From contig CM120641.1 of NCBI GenBank assembly GCA_051362555.1, positions 5,146,001 through 5,210,000 on the forward strand: a stretch of 64,000 bases of DNA, given 5' to 3'. The notes under the pieces are model-generated. The model was given only the letters and a program-made list of their open reading frames with translations, was not told the origin of the DNA and did not search any database. Below are positions 51,520 through 64,000 of the stretch, in pieces (the stretch's first letter is position 1; every line of letters begins with the position of its first letter). Source of the DNA: Lingula anatina. Taxonomy: Eukaryota > Animalia > Brachiopoda. The translations under genes and the position numbers were made by a program.

Positions 51520-54500
51520 ATGACGACAAGGAAACCGCGACGAACTAAAACATCGATTAAATATTGTGCGGAAAAGACAGCTTGCAACAAAGAAGACAGT
51601 AAGGCGACTTACAAATGCGAGGACTGCAACTCCGTCCAATGTAGTGAATGTGAAAAATATATACACAAAACACCTCGCAAGGAGTTCCACACTAGACAGA
51701 TACTAGAAGCACCTAAATCCGAACTACTTTGTGAGATAGATCGGTGTTCTGAGAATAATTTTGCTGACATCAGGTGCAAAGATTGCTCAAAGTCATACTG
51801 TTATGACTGTTTTGAGGGAACTCATAAAACGCCAAGCAAGAGAAAACACCAAAAGTTGGCTTTCCGTGACTATTTAGATGCAAAAAACAATCCTCCACCT
51901 ACGACACCAGAAAGTGACCAGTGTGCAGTTAGTGGTTTTTCTGATAACAGTGACAGTCTTAACTATGAAAGTTTGAATGCTTCTTTAAACCATACCGAGG
52001 AGCCATTGGATTCTGGAGACTTTTTCTCAGTTCAGCCACAAATAGCTCCTGGCAGTGCTGTAGAATGTGATATGACAAAGCCTGCTAACCAGATTGGCAG
52101 TACCCCAGTTTTAGAACCATTTTGTGATGACGAGGACTCCTTAAAATTCATGGTGCCCCAGGACAATTATTTTGGTGAAAAATTAATGGATAAAAACAAT
52201 TTCAAACTGACTGATAAAAACCATGAGCCCCCACGTTTAGAAAAGGTTAGGCCAGATAACAATAGTCTGTCTGATGAAATATCTGATGCTTTAGGTAGTA
52301 TTCCAGCAATGAGTGACTGTCAACTAGACCTACAAGATGGACTTCAAGAGGTGCCCCTTACAGGGCCTGCTTCAGGGCAGTATGCAGGATACCAGGGATT
52401 TAAATTAGTGGATGAACATGAGGAATTACTGGTTAGTATATGAAATAGTCCTCAAAACTAATACATTTATCTTATTTGCTAATTTTTATTTGCAAAAATC
52501 CAAATATTTTGATATAGATAGATGGATAGATCTAGATCTATAGATAGATGTGCTTGATAAAGAAGGAATATTTATGTCAGCAAAATTTGCTTGCAATAGA
52601 AAACAAAATCTTTTATTAATGTTTCTCTTATTTAATGCCCAAGCTGTAAATTATATAATTTTTTGTTTATTTTCTCCCAATGTAGGTACATGATGTAGCT
52701 GACTTTGAGAAGAAGTTACATGATCCAACTGGCCCAGAAGAGATTGGCAAAGTAAAAGTGGTGTCAATATTTGGAAATACAGGAGATGGAAAATCACACA
52801 CCCTCAATGAAACTTTCTTTGGCGGAGCACCAGTCTTTAAAACATCAAATGATGTAGAGTCTTGCACTGTGGGAGTATGGGCTGCCTATGATCCAGGCAC
52901 TGAAGGAATTATAGTGGACACTGAAGGACTACTGGGTGTCACATCAAACCAGCACCAAAGGACGAGGTTAATGTTGAAGATTTTAGCTGTGTCAGATGTA
53001 GTCATCTATAGGACAAGGGCAGAGAGACTTCATAGTGACATGTATGGTTTTATAGGAGATGCCTTTAAAGCCTACTGGAAGCACTTTTTGCCAGAACTTG
53101 AACGGTGTGCTCAACAGAACAAGACACCAGTGGAAAATATGGGACCCACAATGATCATCTTTCATGAGACGCAAAAGACCAAGACCTTAGATGAAGGTTT
53201 GTTTATGATAGCTTTTGTGTTTTATATTGTTTAGTTGATAATCATTATTGATAGTACTTCAGTGGTGCACTTGTTTCCTGTAACAGTAAATTTTATTGTT
53301 TGAATTATATCCTTTCTTGTGGTTGAAATGCACCCTTTCAGTTATGTTGTTTTGTGAATACACTGTGATAACCTGCACTTTTATATCTAAATATTTGCAA
53401 TTATTTTAAAAATGATATGTTGAATGTTTACTACTTGATCACATGCTAAGAACTTATCATGATATGATGATGTAATTAACATCCCTCCTTAGTTTGACCA
53501 TATTATCTAAAGAACAAGGGCAGAACCAGGCTCTTAGTAAATGACACCAAATTTTTTAGTTAGGCAGTGATTTTCTAATTGTGAACATTGTTTTAGTGAT
53601 GAGCTCCAGTCCAGAGGATCTTCTACAAGAAAAGTTTACAGAGCTGGGGTATGAGAGAAAAATTCCTTTGAAATATGTAGGGACTAAGACAAAACAGGGA
53701 CAAAACACAGACTTCAAGCCCTTGTTTGGAGTGGTCAAGAAATGCCTGGAGGACACCACAGTCAGGACTCCAAGGTTGCCAGGAGTCATCTTGTCTTCAC
53801 TGAAGGTACAGTTATTTACTGTTAAGATAGAAGTATAGAAGATGAAATTAACTTGAAATTAACCTGACTTTATTTTGAGATGACAGCATGCCATTGAAAT
53901 TGTAGATAAGAGTGTGAAATATTTTGGTATTTTCTTCAACAGCAATGTGTGTTCGAAATGGAAACAGATTTTCAGGGATGTATTACATGCTTAGTCTCCT
54001 TCCATTCTTTTCATAATTTCAGGCCTTAAATGAGAAATTCAGTGGTGATTTAGATAAGGTAGTTCCAAGCACATTTCCAGATCAATATTTTACATGTGGG
54101 GTGATGTGTGTTTCTTGCAAGTAAGTAGTTTGAGATTTTTATTGAATGGTAGAAAACATTTTGGATTTTTATTTACCCATTTTTACCAATCCACTGATGC
54201 TAACAAGAAAAAACTTTCATTTACAGAGAACAAACTGATTTGTTAAATTTATGATAAATCAATTGATCAAAAATGAACAGTTGTTATCCCTTTAATCATT
54301 TGATTTATTAACAATCACCTAACATCAGCCTCAATTTACTCGCTAATGAATAAAAGGGCTTTGACTAAAAAAATGATATTGATTTTGAAAGTTTTCTACT
54401 GATTTAAGCAAGTATATGTAGCCATTTAGACTGTTACAACAAATACAAAGTGTTGGATTAATATTAATTAAGAATAAGATTAATAGAAGTAATTCTTATA

Positions 54501-57250
54501 TGTATTTAGACTATAGAAATTCCATAAATTGATCACAATTCCAGTTCTCGCTGTGAATTGAGTATGAACCATACTAATGTGGCCCACTGTAGTAAGGCAC
54601 ACTGCATATATCAACACCAGTATGAGAACAAGGTGTATTTGTGTAAGGTAAGGCTCATTGCAATATTGGGAGGGTTATAATATAATCATAAATATCTAGA
54701 TTTGAATTTGTTCCTTTTAGATTTAGATTTTAAATCCAATTAAACACGAGTTTTTTTGAGAATGTGAGAAATGTGTTTAATATGTATAACATGTTATGTT
54801 CTACTCTACTTTGAATGAATAAGAATTGGAATAATAAGTGAAAAATGTCACAAACTGAAAGTTGGCAAAAATTTTCCCATTACCAGAATATAGAAATTAC
54901 AGACATTATAACTAAAGGCTTCAAACAACCAGTAGCAAAGGATTATTTTTATTTCCATTTAATGATTTTTTAAAACTTCATTTAAGAAATGCTGGAGAGA
55001 AGGAAAGGCAGACTGTGTTGTTGTTCCCAAAATGTCGGAGCAGAATGACAGTGCATGGTTTAGCTTTGCCAAGTATGCCTGGGCAGGGTAAGATGTCTTA
55101 TGTTACACGGTTGTTTTCCTAAATATTTGAATATTACAAAGTTCTATTGAAGAATGGAAGAAAAAAAGAGAACACTCCAATAATTAGTGGAGATCCAGAT
55201 ATTTTAATTTGAATGATTATGTCAACAATTTTGGGCATGAATAAGTATTTGTAAAGGCACTGTTTTATCATGATGAATAACAAGAAAAAAAACTTTGATG
55301 TAGTAATTACAGGGGTTTGTTACATTTCAGTTATGTACTTGAATGTCCCCGCCATGGTGTAATCTTCAGGAGTAGACAGCACTGGTATGGTAACAAAGAC
55401 CCAGAGGCAGAAGCTGTGCAGACAGAAGTGCGCCATGTATGGGGAGATGAGGTAATTTGTAATGGTGTGTGTGGTGATTGGGGGGGTTCAAATATATTTT
55501 TGGAATTAAAAACAGTATTAAAAACATTTTAAATGTTTTCAGTACATTTTTTAAGTGGTGGATCGTTAGAGTTAAAGCATTGTATATTTTGGTAAACATC
55601 TGCAAAATGCATCCACATCCACTGGGAAATTTTACTTCATGGAAGAATCTGAAAAAATGTAGTACAACTTAAAAAAAGAGGAGAAGAAATGATTCTTTAT
55701 GACAGAAATGCAATGTCCATTTTAGGGCAGCACAGTACTGATGGGCACCCACAATGCAGCCAGGCGGATCTTGGAGGGAGTCCATTATGTCACTGATACC
55801 ATTAGCACCATTAGTGCCAAACCCACCAAGATGATGGCTGACTGGGTCAATGATAAACTGGCTCCTGCCTACTGGACACCTAATGCTGAGATAATAGTAA
55901 GTATTGTTTGTAAATTACCCAAGACTTGTGGATTCAAGGCCAACAGTGGTCTGGTCTGACCTATCTCAATGAGGTTGAACTCCTAAGGATTTTTATCTCT
56001 TTTACACACAAATCACTTAAAATGATATGATATTAATTGTTACAAGAGAAAGTAAGTTTAATAGATGATAAGTGGATGATGTGGTCATGAAGATCAATAA
56101 TGCTTGAAATAATGCTGATTCAATTCAAACCAAAGCTTTCAAAGATGAAACAATTTTCTTTCAAGTAAGTTAATTTACAGACATTTTTTTGAAATTTTAT
56201 CAAAACACATCTGTTTTTTACTTCTTAAGGACTGTCATAACTGTGGGAAGAACTTGGAGACGGAGGAAAGCAAGCACCACTGCCGTGCCTGTGGCAAGGG
56301 GTTCTGTGATGAGTGTACCAGTAACAAGCGTCCTGTACCTGAGAAAGGCTGGGGAGAGGTGCCAGTCCGGGTCTGTATAGCTTGTCTAGAGAAGAAACCA
56401 GGCAAGGATGGTGAGTAAATCATGGGGATTATGACAGTGAACACATATTTTAACTTTAAACTTTTTGAAGAAACAACATGTAGGAAGAAGAGTAGTTTGT
56501 TTTAGTTTACAGAGAAGGAAGCTCCCCTTCTTAAGCTTGTGTTGAATTTAAGTATTTAGTGATTCAAATATGAACACTGTAAGTTGCCATTTTAATACCT
56601 AGTAATTTTCCATACAGATGACTCGGGCAGTGATACAAGTGACACCCAGGTGACAGCCAGGAAAGTAATGGAAGGGGTCACCAGTACTTTTGGAGCTGTG
56701 GTAAACGTGATGGATTATCCAATAGGTGGGAATTTAAATAGTTTCATTTTCATCAGAATTTTGATTATGTTGACATGGCTACCAGGATTATCTCTTAGAT
56801 GATACACTATTGGAAGTAGTTTTATTGAATCAAGTTTTTTCAAGTGAAGTGAGAAATTAAGTAAGAGTGAGAGTTGCTTGACATAGCTTATGACCAAATG
56901 TTATAAACCTAGTATCATAATGATCTGTCACATCATTTGGTTTTACAAGAACCCAAATCTTATAGTAAAAGATAATGCAATTTTTTTCAAACAGTTTGAT
57001 TTGGCATTTCCCCATTGCAGGAGTATTGAAGGATTCTGCTCGTCCAGCTTACTGGCTTCCAGACCATGAAATAAAGAACTGTATCCAGTGCAAGAAAGCC
57101 TTCTCCTTGAAACTGAAGCTTCATCATTGTAGATGCTGTGGGCATGGAGTCTGTGATGATTGCTCTCCTAATAGGAAACCAGTGCCGTCAAGAGGCTGGG
57201 ATTACCCAGTTCGAGTGTGCAAAAAATGTGAAAAGAAGCTCAAGTCCTAA
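51520..57250 (+). CDS. ZFYVE1: Zinc finger FYVE domain-containing protein 1 (DFCP1), ~11 exons
   Basis: N-terminal B-box-like Cys/His region; P-loop domain VSIFGNTGDGKSHTLN...SCTVGVWAAYD...DTEGLLG; FPDQYFTC; IFRSRQHWYGNKDP; two FYVE fingers (PAYW...KHHCRACG; PAYWLPD...LHHCRCCG...RGWDYPVRVC). Confidence 0.96.
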
Positions 57251-60200
57251 TAGGTTTTCTATGTGCTTGTGTCTTTATGATGAAAGAAAGGAAGTTTCTT
57301 ATTGTTGGTTCATTAGTTGCTTGATTTCTTATTCATTGGGTTTTCTTGATATAAAGTGGCTATTTAAAGTGCTATCTTTTAACGCAGACTACAGAGTTTC
57401 TGGAATTTAGATTATGATAGTGTGATTTAAATAAAATATCATCTGCATGACAGATTTGATGAAATGAAAGGAATCAAATGATTAGGCATTTATTACAGGA
57501 ACATGTATTTTATTTACTTAATTATTATTATTATTATTATGTATAAAGGCAAGACTCTGAGAAGTATTTTCAAGTCCTTTTATTTAGTCCTTAAGTAAAA
57601 CAAGTTCTTTAGGTATATCCCTTTATTGCCAGAGTGCATATTGTCCTTATTTCAAGGTTTGATGACTGTTGACCCATTTTGACATGACTATGCACATCCT
57701 AGATACTCAGTTGATTGTCCCATGCTTATTTTTTCCTCACTATGTACTTCTTTGTGTGGAAATCAACATCATGCTTGTGCTACTGCATGAAGTATTGTAA
57801 TGTTGTAGGTACACCAAAGTGTTGGGACTTTAAATTCCCACACATAAAAGCAGTCACCATTAAATAAATTTTTTAAACCTGTACTAATGGGCAAAATATT
57901 TAAATAGGTTTACATGCATGTTTACCGTGGTCTTTGTTACCTGTGTTGACCATAGGACCATATTTGTTAAATGATATATGGTGGGCCTTATGCTTGCTCA
58001 ATTTACAGAAGTCTGGTATGTAGGTCCATTTTAGATGTACAGCCAGTATTTGCTACTTCTTGTTTTCTGCCGAGTAGCCAAGCAGGCCTTTAGGCTGTTG
58101 AATTAGTCTTCTTAATCTTAACAAACTGAGGTCAATACAACCAGCTGTTGGTTGCAAGGTCCTGACCTCTCTCTTGTTTTGATCACCTTGTGCTATATAA
58201 AGTGGAGGACCCTTTGAAATAGCTGTAGTACTAAGTTCTTAGTACTACCTTGTCCTTGCTCCTGTTGGGTCAATTTGAAAACTATTTTGATTGAAAAATA
58301 TTTGCGGGTATTTAGTATGTTTAGCAACAAATTAATATATATGCTAAAAGTAAATTTAACAGTAGGCATTGATTTGAAATGGCCATTTCAATATATTTAA
58401 TTTATTGTTAAAATTCATAATTTTGACACGTTTGTGGTCAAATTAAGAAATCTTATAACAAGTGTCTTAAAGATTCTGTTAAAAGTTAGATTGTAAGATG
58501 CATACATCAAATTCAGCAGGTGCTAGAAGTTTTTACTGATAAGATGACACTTCCATTTGTAAAAAGAAAAATCTGTAGCTCTAAATCTGTACACTCTAAG
58601 TTGAAAATTAATTTCCTGAGATATTTATAACATTTAGTACCACTTCTTGTTAGGTGTGTAGTAGAAAATTGTACATATCTGTTGTTGCCAAGTTGCTTTA
58701 ATGAATTTTTCTGACTTTGGCAGATGGAAATAGATTTTAATAGATGGATTCAAATGCCTACAAATTGCCTGTGAACAGCTATAACCTTTCCTCAAAATAT
58801 CTGTGGATCAGAGATGTAAGTTAAAGTGTAATCTGCAATATTCATCCAATGGTTGTTAACATATTTAAAGTACAAAAACAGCTACAGATGAACATTGAGG
58901 GGCTCTGTGTTGATTTGATCATTTTAATGAGGTTAAGTGGTGGTTTGAATAATTTATTTCCACACGTGGCTATATGGGTGTGCACAATAAATTGTAAGCA
59001 TTGAACTTCCTGTTACATAGTATATGTTGAGGAATCATTAGTAGAGTCACCATAAGAAGAAAAAACTCAAATTATTTAAACACAACAGGACGTTTATTCC
59101 TTACCCTATGTGATGCTACAAAGAGAGTTACAGTATGAAATGATCTTTGTGCTGAACATTTACTTGCTTCTTGCACAGCCTAATAATAGCTAGCTGCTAC
59201 TAGAAGATTGATAGATCAAAGTGGGCTGCCAAAATGCTTTGTCTTAATGTGTCTGTAATCCAACAAATTACAACTATCAGACAAAGGATCAATTCCTAGC
59301 TTTTGTCAATAAAAAACTGATCAAAACACTGCATGGTTTGTCTTTAAATTTGTTCACAATTTAAAGATCTAACAGACCTACTACTGAAGGTATTGTCACA
59401 TATGCAGCAATGTTATCTGCGCTGAAATTGTAGTGTAATAGTAGTATCATTTTGACAATAAAGTATGAGGGGCTGTAAATGTTTTTTAATTAGACTTATA
59501 GGATAAATGTTATCAGAAAAAATAGTACCAATAAAACTGTGAAAAATAACCTCTTGTACTTTAAACTAGATCCATGCTGTGCAATATTCATTGGCGTGGC
59601 ATTCAGGAAATGTTACTGTCAATATTACCGTTACATTGGTTCAGCATGTTCTGCACAATTCAGTCAACTAATCCACTGGTCCAGTCAAAAAAAGTCAATA
59701 TCCAAGGATCAAGCTTTTCAAATACAGCAAACTAAGCAAAAAGCTTTAAAATGTATAGCCACTTACTCAGCCAATGTGTGTAAAAAAACATCCAGTCAAC
59801 AATATATATTATTTAGAAATAAAGACCCTTCATATATTCCCTTGGAAGTAGGGACTTTCATATTACAAGAAATCAACAGTTTCTATCATAAATTCATAAA
59901 TGCAAGCTCAGCAAATGAAAAGAAAAAAAATTGAAACTGAAATGATCAGCTTTTTCTTATGCTTAATTTAGACATTGGTATTCGAATAGATGAGAAAAAA
60001 AGGTGGCTGGTTACACAACCTTGCTATAATACTGAAAGGTAAATGGTCCAAACCACTTTAAGACAAGTCAGTGTTCTTGCAAATATAAACATTTATCAAA
60101 TACACAGTCTTTTTTAAATCTTAAAATAATAGCAGTCAGCATTAGCTTATCAAATGCAAAAGCATCAATATTAATCAAAAAGTGAAACCAATGTTTATCA

Positions 60201-61059
60201 GCCCCCCTTTGGTATCACTCCTTGTTGTTTTGTTTGAATTTTTATCAAATAATAAATTTTTAAGCACAGCAGCAACTTCATAAAATGTCCTAATAATAAT
60301 GGTATCAAAAAGAAAAAAAAAAGATAACGATAATGACAAATAAAAAATAAATAAAACAACATCCACTGTAGTCTTAGAGGTTTGCATTCAGCTGTGACAT
60401 TTCATTAACACAAATAAATAACTTTATGTAGCTCAACCTTATAGTCCATTACACCACTGAACTCTGATTGCTGCATTTGAATAAAAATCAGTAGCTCCAT
60501 GGTAAATCTTTCCATTGTATCAATGAAATATTCTAATACAGTATCTTTACACTTCAACTAAGAATTGTGTTTCTATGAAAGCTACAATTATCAAAGTTAA
60601 TATATACATGAATAATGCTATAATTCAAAGGCCATTCTGCTTTGACACAGATAGCTAAATCCCCCATATCTACACATTCAGTTCATCAGAGATGTATTTA
60701 TATAAAATGGTTGAAGAGCAAGTAGCAATTGTCAAATAATTAATTGCCTTAAACATTTGTGATGTCTGACATTCCAATAATGTTATGACATCACACTGTA
60801 CTTTAAGATGCAAACAGTCACTCTACTGTGTAGGCATTATTTTTCCTTCTTGTGCTGTAGCATATTTGCTGACACAGCAAAATGACAACAATCTAAGAGC
60901 AAAGTGAAATGTGCAAACAGCATCCAACACACATCCCTAGAGTTCATTCAATTTTACAAACCAGCAACATCATTCAACAGAAAGATCAGAAAATACGCAT
61001 GTGACACATAAAAAACACTCTGTCAATAGACAAAGCTTGCCAGCCAAATGTTTTATCCT

Positions 61060-61465
61060 CTTGTGAACATTATGGGTTTGAAAATAATTAAAATCCTGAT
61101 ACCAATCCATATTATCTTCTGAAATTGTTTCAATTCCACCCTAAACATTGACTACATCCAAAAAACCACATTATACTGGAGAGTGAAATAAATCAAGAAA
61201 TCATTCTACATTATCTTGAATATTGTTCAAGCAAAGAAAAATCAACATTATCTTGGAATATCATTGAAGTCCTGTTTATAATGTACACTTTTCCAAAAAA
61301 TTACTTTGAATGTTATAACAATCCACAATATCCTTGAAGAGATCTAATCCTGAAACCAAGCTACACTGTCATGAAAGTGATACGAAGCTAATAACAATCC
61401 AAGTCATCTTTGATAATATCTAAATCCTGACATCAATCCACATTATCCTGGAAAATGAGGCGCAT
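61060..61465 (-). repeat. Degenerate ~38-nt tandem array spanning the Pellino stop codon and proximal 3' UTR
   Basis: Core TTCCARGATAATGTGGAT recurs in degenerate form at about 61445, 61405, 61365, 61330, 61250, 61212, 61172, 61113 and 61070. Confidence 0.7.
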
Positions 61466-61987
61466 AAAGCCAGGGTCACCTGAGAGAGGCATAGCACAGA
61501 AAGGACATGCTGCACGAAAGCCATGACAACCATGTGGAATAGGAATACTGGACCAGTACCTGGGAAGGAAGAAAAGAAGCATTGTAACTATGTGGAGAGG
61601 CTATAGGGGTAAAAAAAGGAATTTTCAAGACATATTTACAAAAAGCAAATAAATAAATAAAGAGATAAATAAATTAATAAAAAATCCCAACAACAATTTG
61701 TCCCAGCAAGTTAAGCCCCATGTATTCAAAATAATGTACAACAAGTGTCAAATTCTAAAAAAAAGAAATTAATACACTTTTCTTTTTATCTTCTAATTGC
61801 TGTGACGTACTTAACACTCTCTTCAGACGCCATGTGCCCACAGGGGCTGAAGCAGTGTGTAGGAGGAGCAGACTCCACATACAGGCTAGTCTCACTGCCT
61901 GGAAGCAGGCGCACAAATGGACCAACCTGGAAAAAAGGGTTTCAAAAATCCATTCAGTATTCTTTTTACTGTAATGGTATCACAAAA

Positions 61988-62026
<39 letters not shown>

Positions 62027-64000
62027 ATTTAAAAAAATAAAAATTTTAAAAAATTCAGAATATACTGTAAACAACATGACATTAGAGTTTCCTTCAATTG
62101 AAGTGCCCTCTTCAGAAATATCTAAACAAAGAACAAGTTATCTATCACGAAACATACAAAAACAATCATTCCAAAAATCAGTTACAAATTGTCAATAACT
62201 TTATACTTGATATAGTAACAGTTCTGAACACAAAAATAAGTACACATTCATTCCCACTGTACCTTCAAACACATAGGACACTGACGATTGTCATCTTCCT
62301 TCTGTCCCCATTCATGCATTCCGTGCACATGCCCACAGTAGAGATAGACATGAGGCTGTTTCTCTGTGGCCATCAGTGTGCCCTTACTCTGCCTATGGGG
62401 CAAGACTAGAGTGTTCAGACCAACAGGACACTGGGGCCGACCTGCATTGATCTTTTTTATTTCTTCTTCAAGTTCTTTTGGGCTCTGTAATGAGAAATAA
62501 ATGACTTTAAATGGATCATGGGTTTTAACTGATGACTTTAAGTTTCTTATCGTTTTCATCAGCTTTTTTTTAAACTGGTAACATGTATTTGATTTACTTT
62601 TCATTCCAGAACACAGCATGAGTGAAATAGCACAGCTTAAGACAAAAGACCTCAATTTTTTCTTTTTTCATGAGAAATCATCACTATGACTAACCAGAAA
62701 CACTATGACTAACCAGGCCAGATGCAATTATATTATTGATTCTGCCTACAAAATTGGGGATTTTGTACTATTACTTCTCTGAAAGAAAGGGAAACCCTTT
62801 AACATATTCACACTGCTCTAAGGGTTCATTCCCAATGAAACTGTTGTTCTACATAGATTGATCCAACTCCTCTGGGACTCTTGCTGAATGAAATCAGATT
62901 AACACTGAATTAACAGCCCTCTTCCTAGCATTGAGTTGAATACAGCAAAGCTAGTGATTATACGTGTACATTAGAAACAAGAGGAGGCTTGTTAAAATAC
63001 TAATCAGATTGTATTCAGCAGGAGTCCCCACTGAGTGGAATCAATCTATGTTAGAGCTAGTTTCATTGAAAATGAGCCCTTAGTATAACTCACAGGTGAG
63101 GCTAGTAAGCCCAGTGCAGACCTCCACAGCAGAGTGGCACCACACAGATCTATCAGGGTTCCATCCCTAAGAACATTGTCTTCTTCTTCAATCTGAAAAT
63201 ACAATTCATATGAAAATACAATACAATTCAGATTTGAACTCTTTTAAGAAACCTTCATTTGACATGTAAGGAAATATATGCTTGCATCTACAACACTGCT
63301 TTGTAATCCAACTCAATTTTTGTACAAAGATTGTCATTTTCTTTGCCTTTCTCAAACTTGCATTAAATAAGTCACAAATGCAAATTTGGAAAATGACAGA
63401 TAGTTCATCTAGTACCTAACACTAATCTTCCATTGGTTTAATTGAATCGTTTAGCCCTCAGACCTACCACACAACTCTTCCCAGGTGTAGACCTGGACTC
63501 CCTGAGTGCATAGATGCCACCCCCTACAGACACCTCTCTCCACACCCCTGGCTTGGCATCCACTGTGAACCCACCCACTGGGTGCATGATGAGGATCCCA
63601 TTGGTGGTCAGCCCGTCTATCTCTCCATCTGTGTGCCATTTGGTAGCTTTTTCCTGGAAAGTAAAGGGGTGGGGAGGGGGATTAGAAATGAAAATGAACT
63701 TGTACCTTGTTGTGATAAAGGCTAACTGATTTTCCTCATGGGCAAATAAATCTGTTGATTTAGCTAACAAACTTCAAAATGCTGAAGTGTGATGGTGTTT
63801 ATTAACCTTGAAAATATTTCTGACTTAAAGTCTGTGTTTGTGATTAATTTCACAACAAATATATTTTGTCTTAACATATTAACGACTTTTTTTCAAATTC
63901 TCTCTTGACTGACAGTATCTGATATGTTTATATGACTGCCCACTTCTACTTCAATACTTACCCCAAGGAATATATTTCTATGAGAATCAAACCCAGCAGC
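61433..64000 (-). CDS. PELI: E3 ubiquitin ligase Pellino, 3' exons (63961-64000, ~63467-63655, ~63094-63192, ~62263-62484, ~61811-61927, 61433-61559)
   Basis: AAGFDSHRNIFLGEKATKW...DGLTTNGILIMHP...WREVSVGG; DGTLIDLCGATLLWR; RPQCPVGLNTL; YLYCGHVHG; PCGHMASE; YWSSIPIPHG...CPFCA...RLIFQDNVD*. Confidence 0.97.
61986..62027. repeat. (AAAT)n microsatellite
   Basis: Direct reading. Confidence 0.95.
62821..63080. mobile_element. 260-bp palindromic MITE flanked by TA in a Pellino intron
   Basis: TA|AGGGTTCATTCCCAATGAAACT ... AGTTTCATTGAAAATGAGCCCT|TA, with inner inverted arms (GGGACTCTTGCTGAAT / ATTCAGCAGGAGTCCC). Confidence 0.82.

Noticed and set aside
53307-53315. ATATCCTTT as a U12 AT-AC donor in ZFYVE1
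   Set aside because: It lies inside an intron whose ordinary GT-AG ends (53197 and ~53596) already keep the frame; no partner exon found.
57251-61050. ORFs between ZFYVE1 and Pellino (e.g. 59539-59934)
   Set aside because: No recognisable motifs or splice pattern; consistent with long convergent 3' UTRs.

Overview
AT-rich, intron-rich animal genomic DNA (invertebrate, probably a mollusc or other lophotrochozoan; the taxon is inferred from repeat types only). Genes in order: ABCG2-type half transporter (-, runs off the left edge); serine palmitoyltransferase small subunit with a U12 intron (+); an intronless CUB-like/LDLa type-I membrane protein (+); a SPATA45-like ciliary protein (+); two tandem glycine N-acyltransferase-like genes (-); BBS1 (+); RTF1 (-); ZFYVE1 (+); Pellino (-, runs off the right edge). 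The strongest unexplained structure is a P-element-like DNA transposon family with 7-bp TSDs and split 13+12-bp TIRs. It is present as a 3.3-kb copy nested in a Helentron-type HINE in BBS1 intron 2, and as two 32/35-bp 'ends-only' copies that look like staggered-cut excision footprints; an empty-site paralogue for one of them is inside the window. Other oddities: a degenerate ~38-nt array built from the Pellino stop-codon region, a 180-codon Cys-rich frame broken only by TGA, a copy of BBS1's last exon in an RTF1 intron, and exon-level mosaic identity between the two acyltransferase paralogues. All exon structures were derived by eye and family assignments are from memory; no searches were run.
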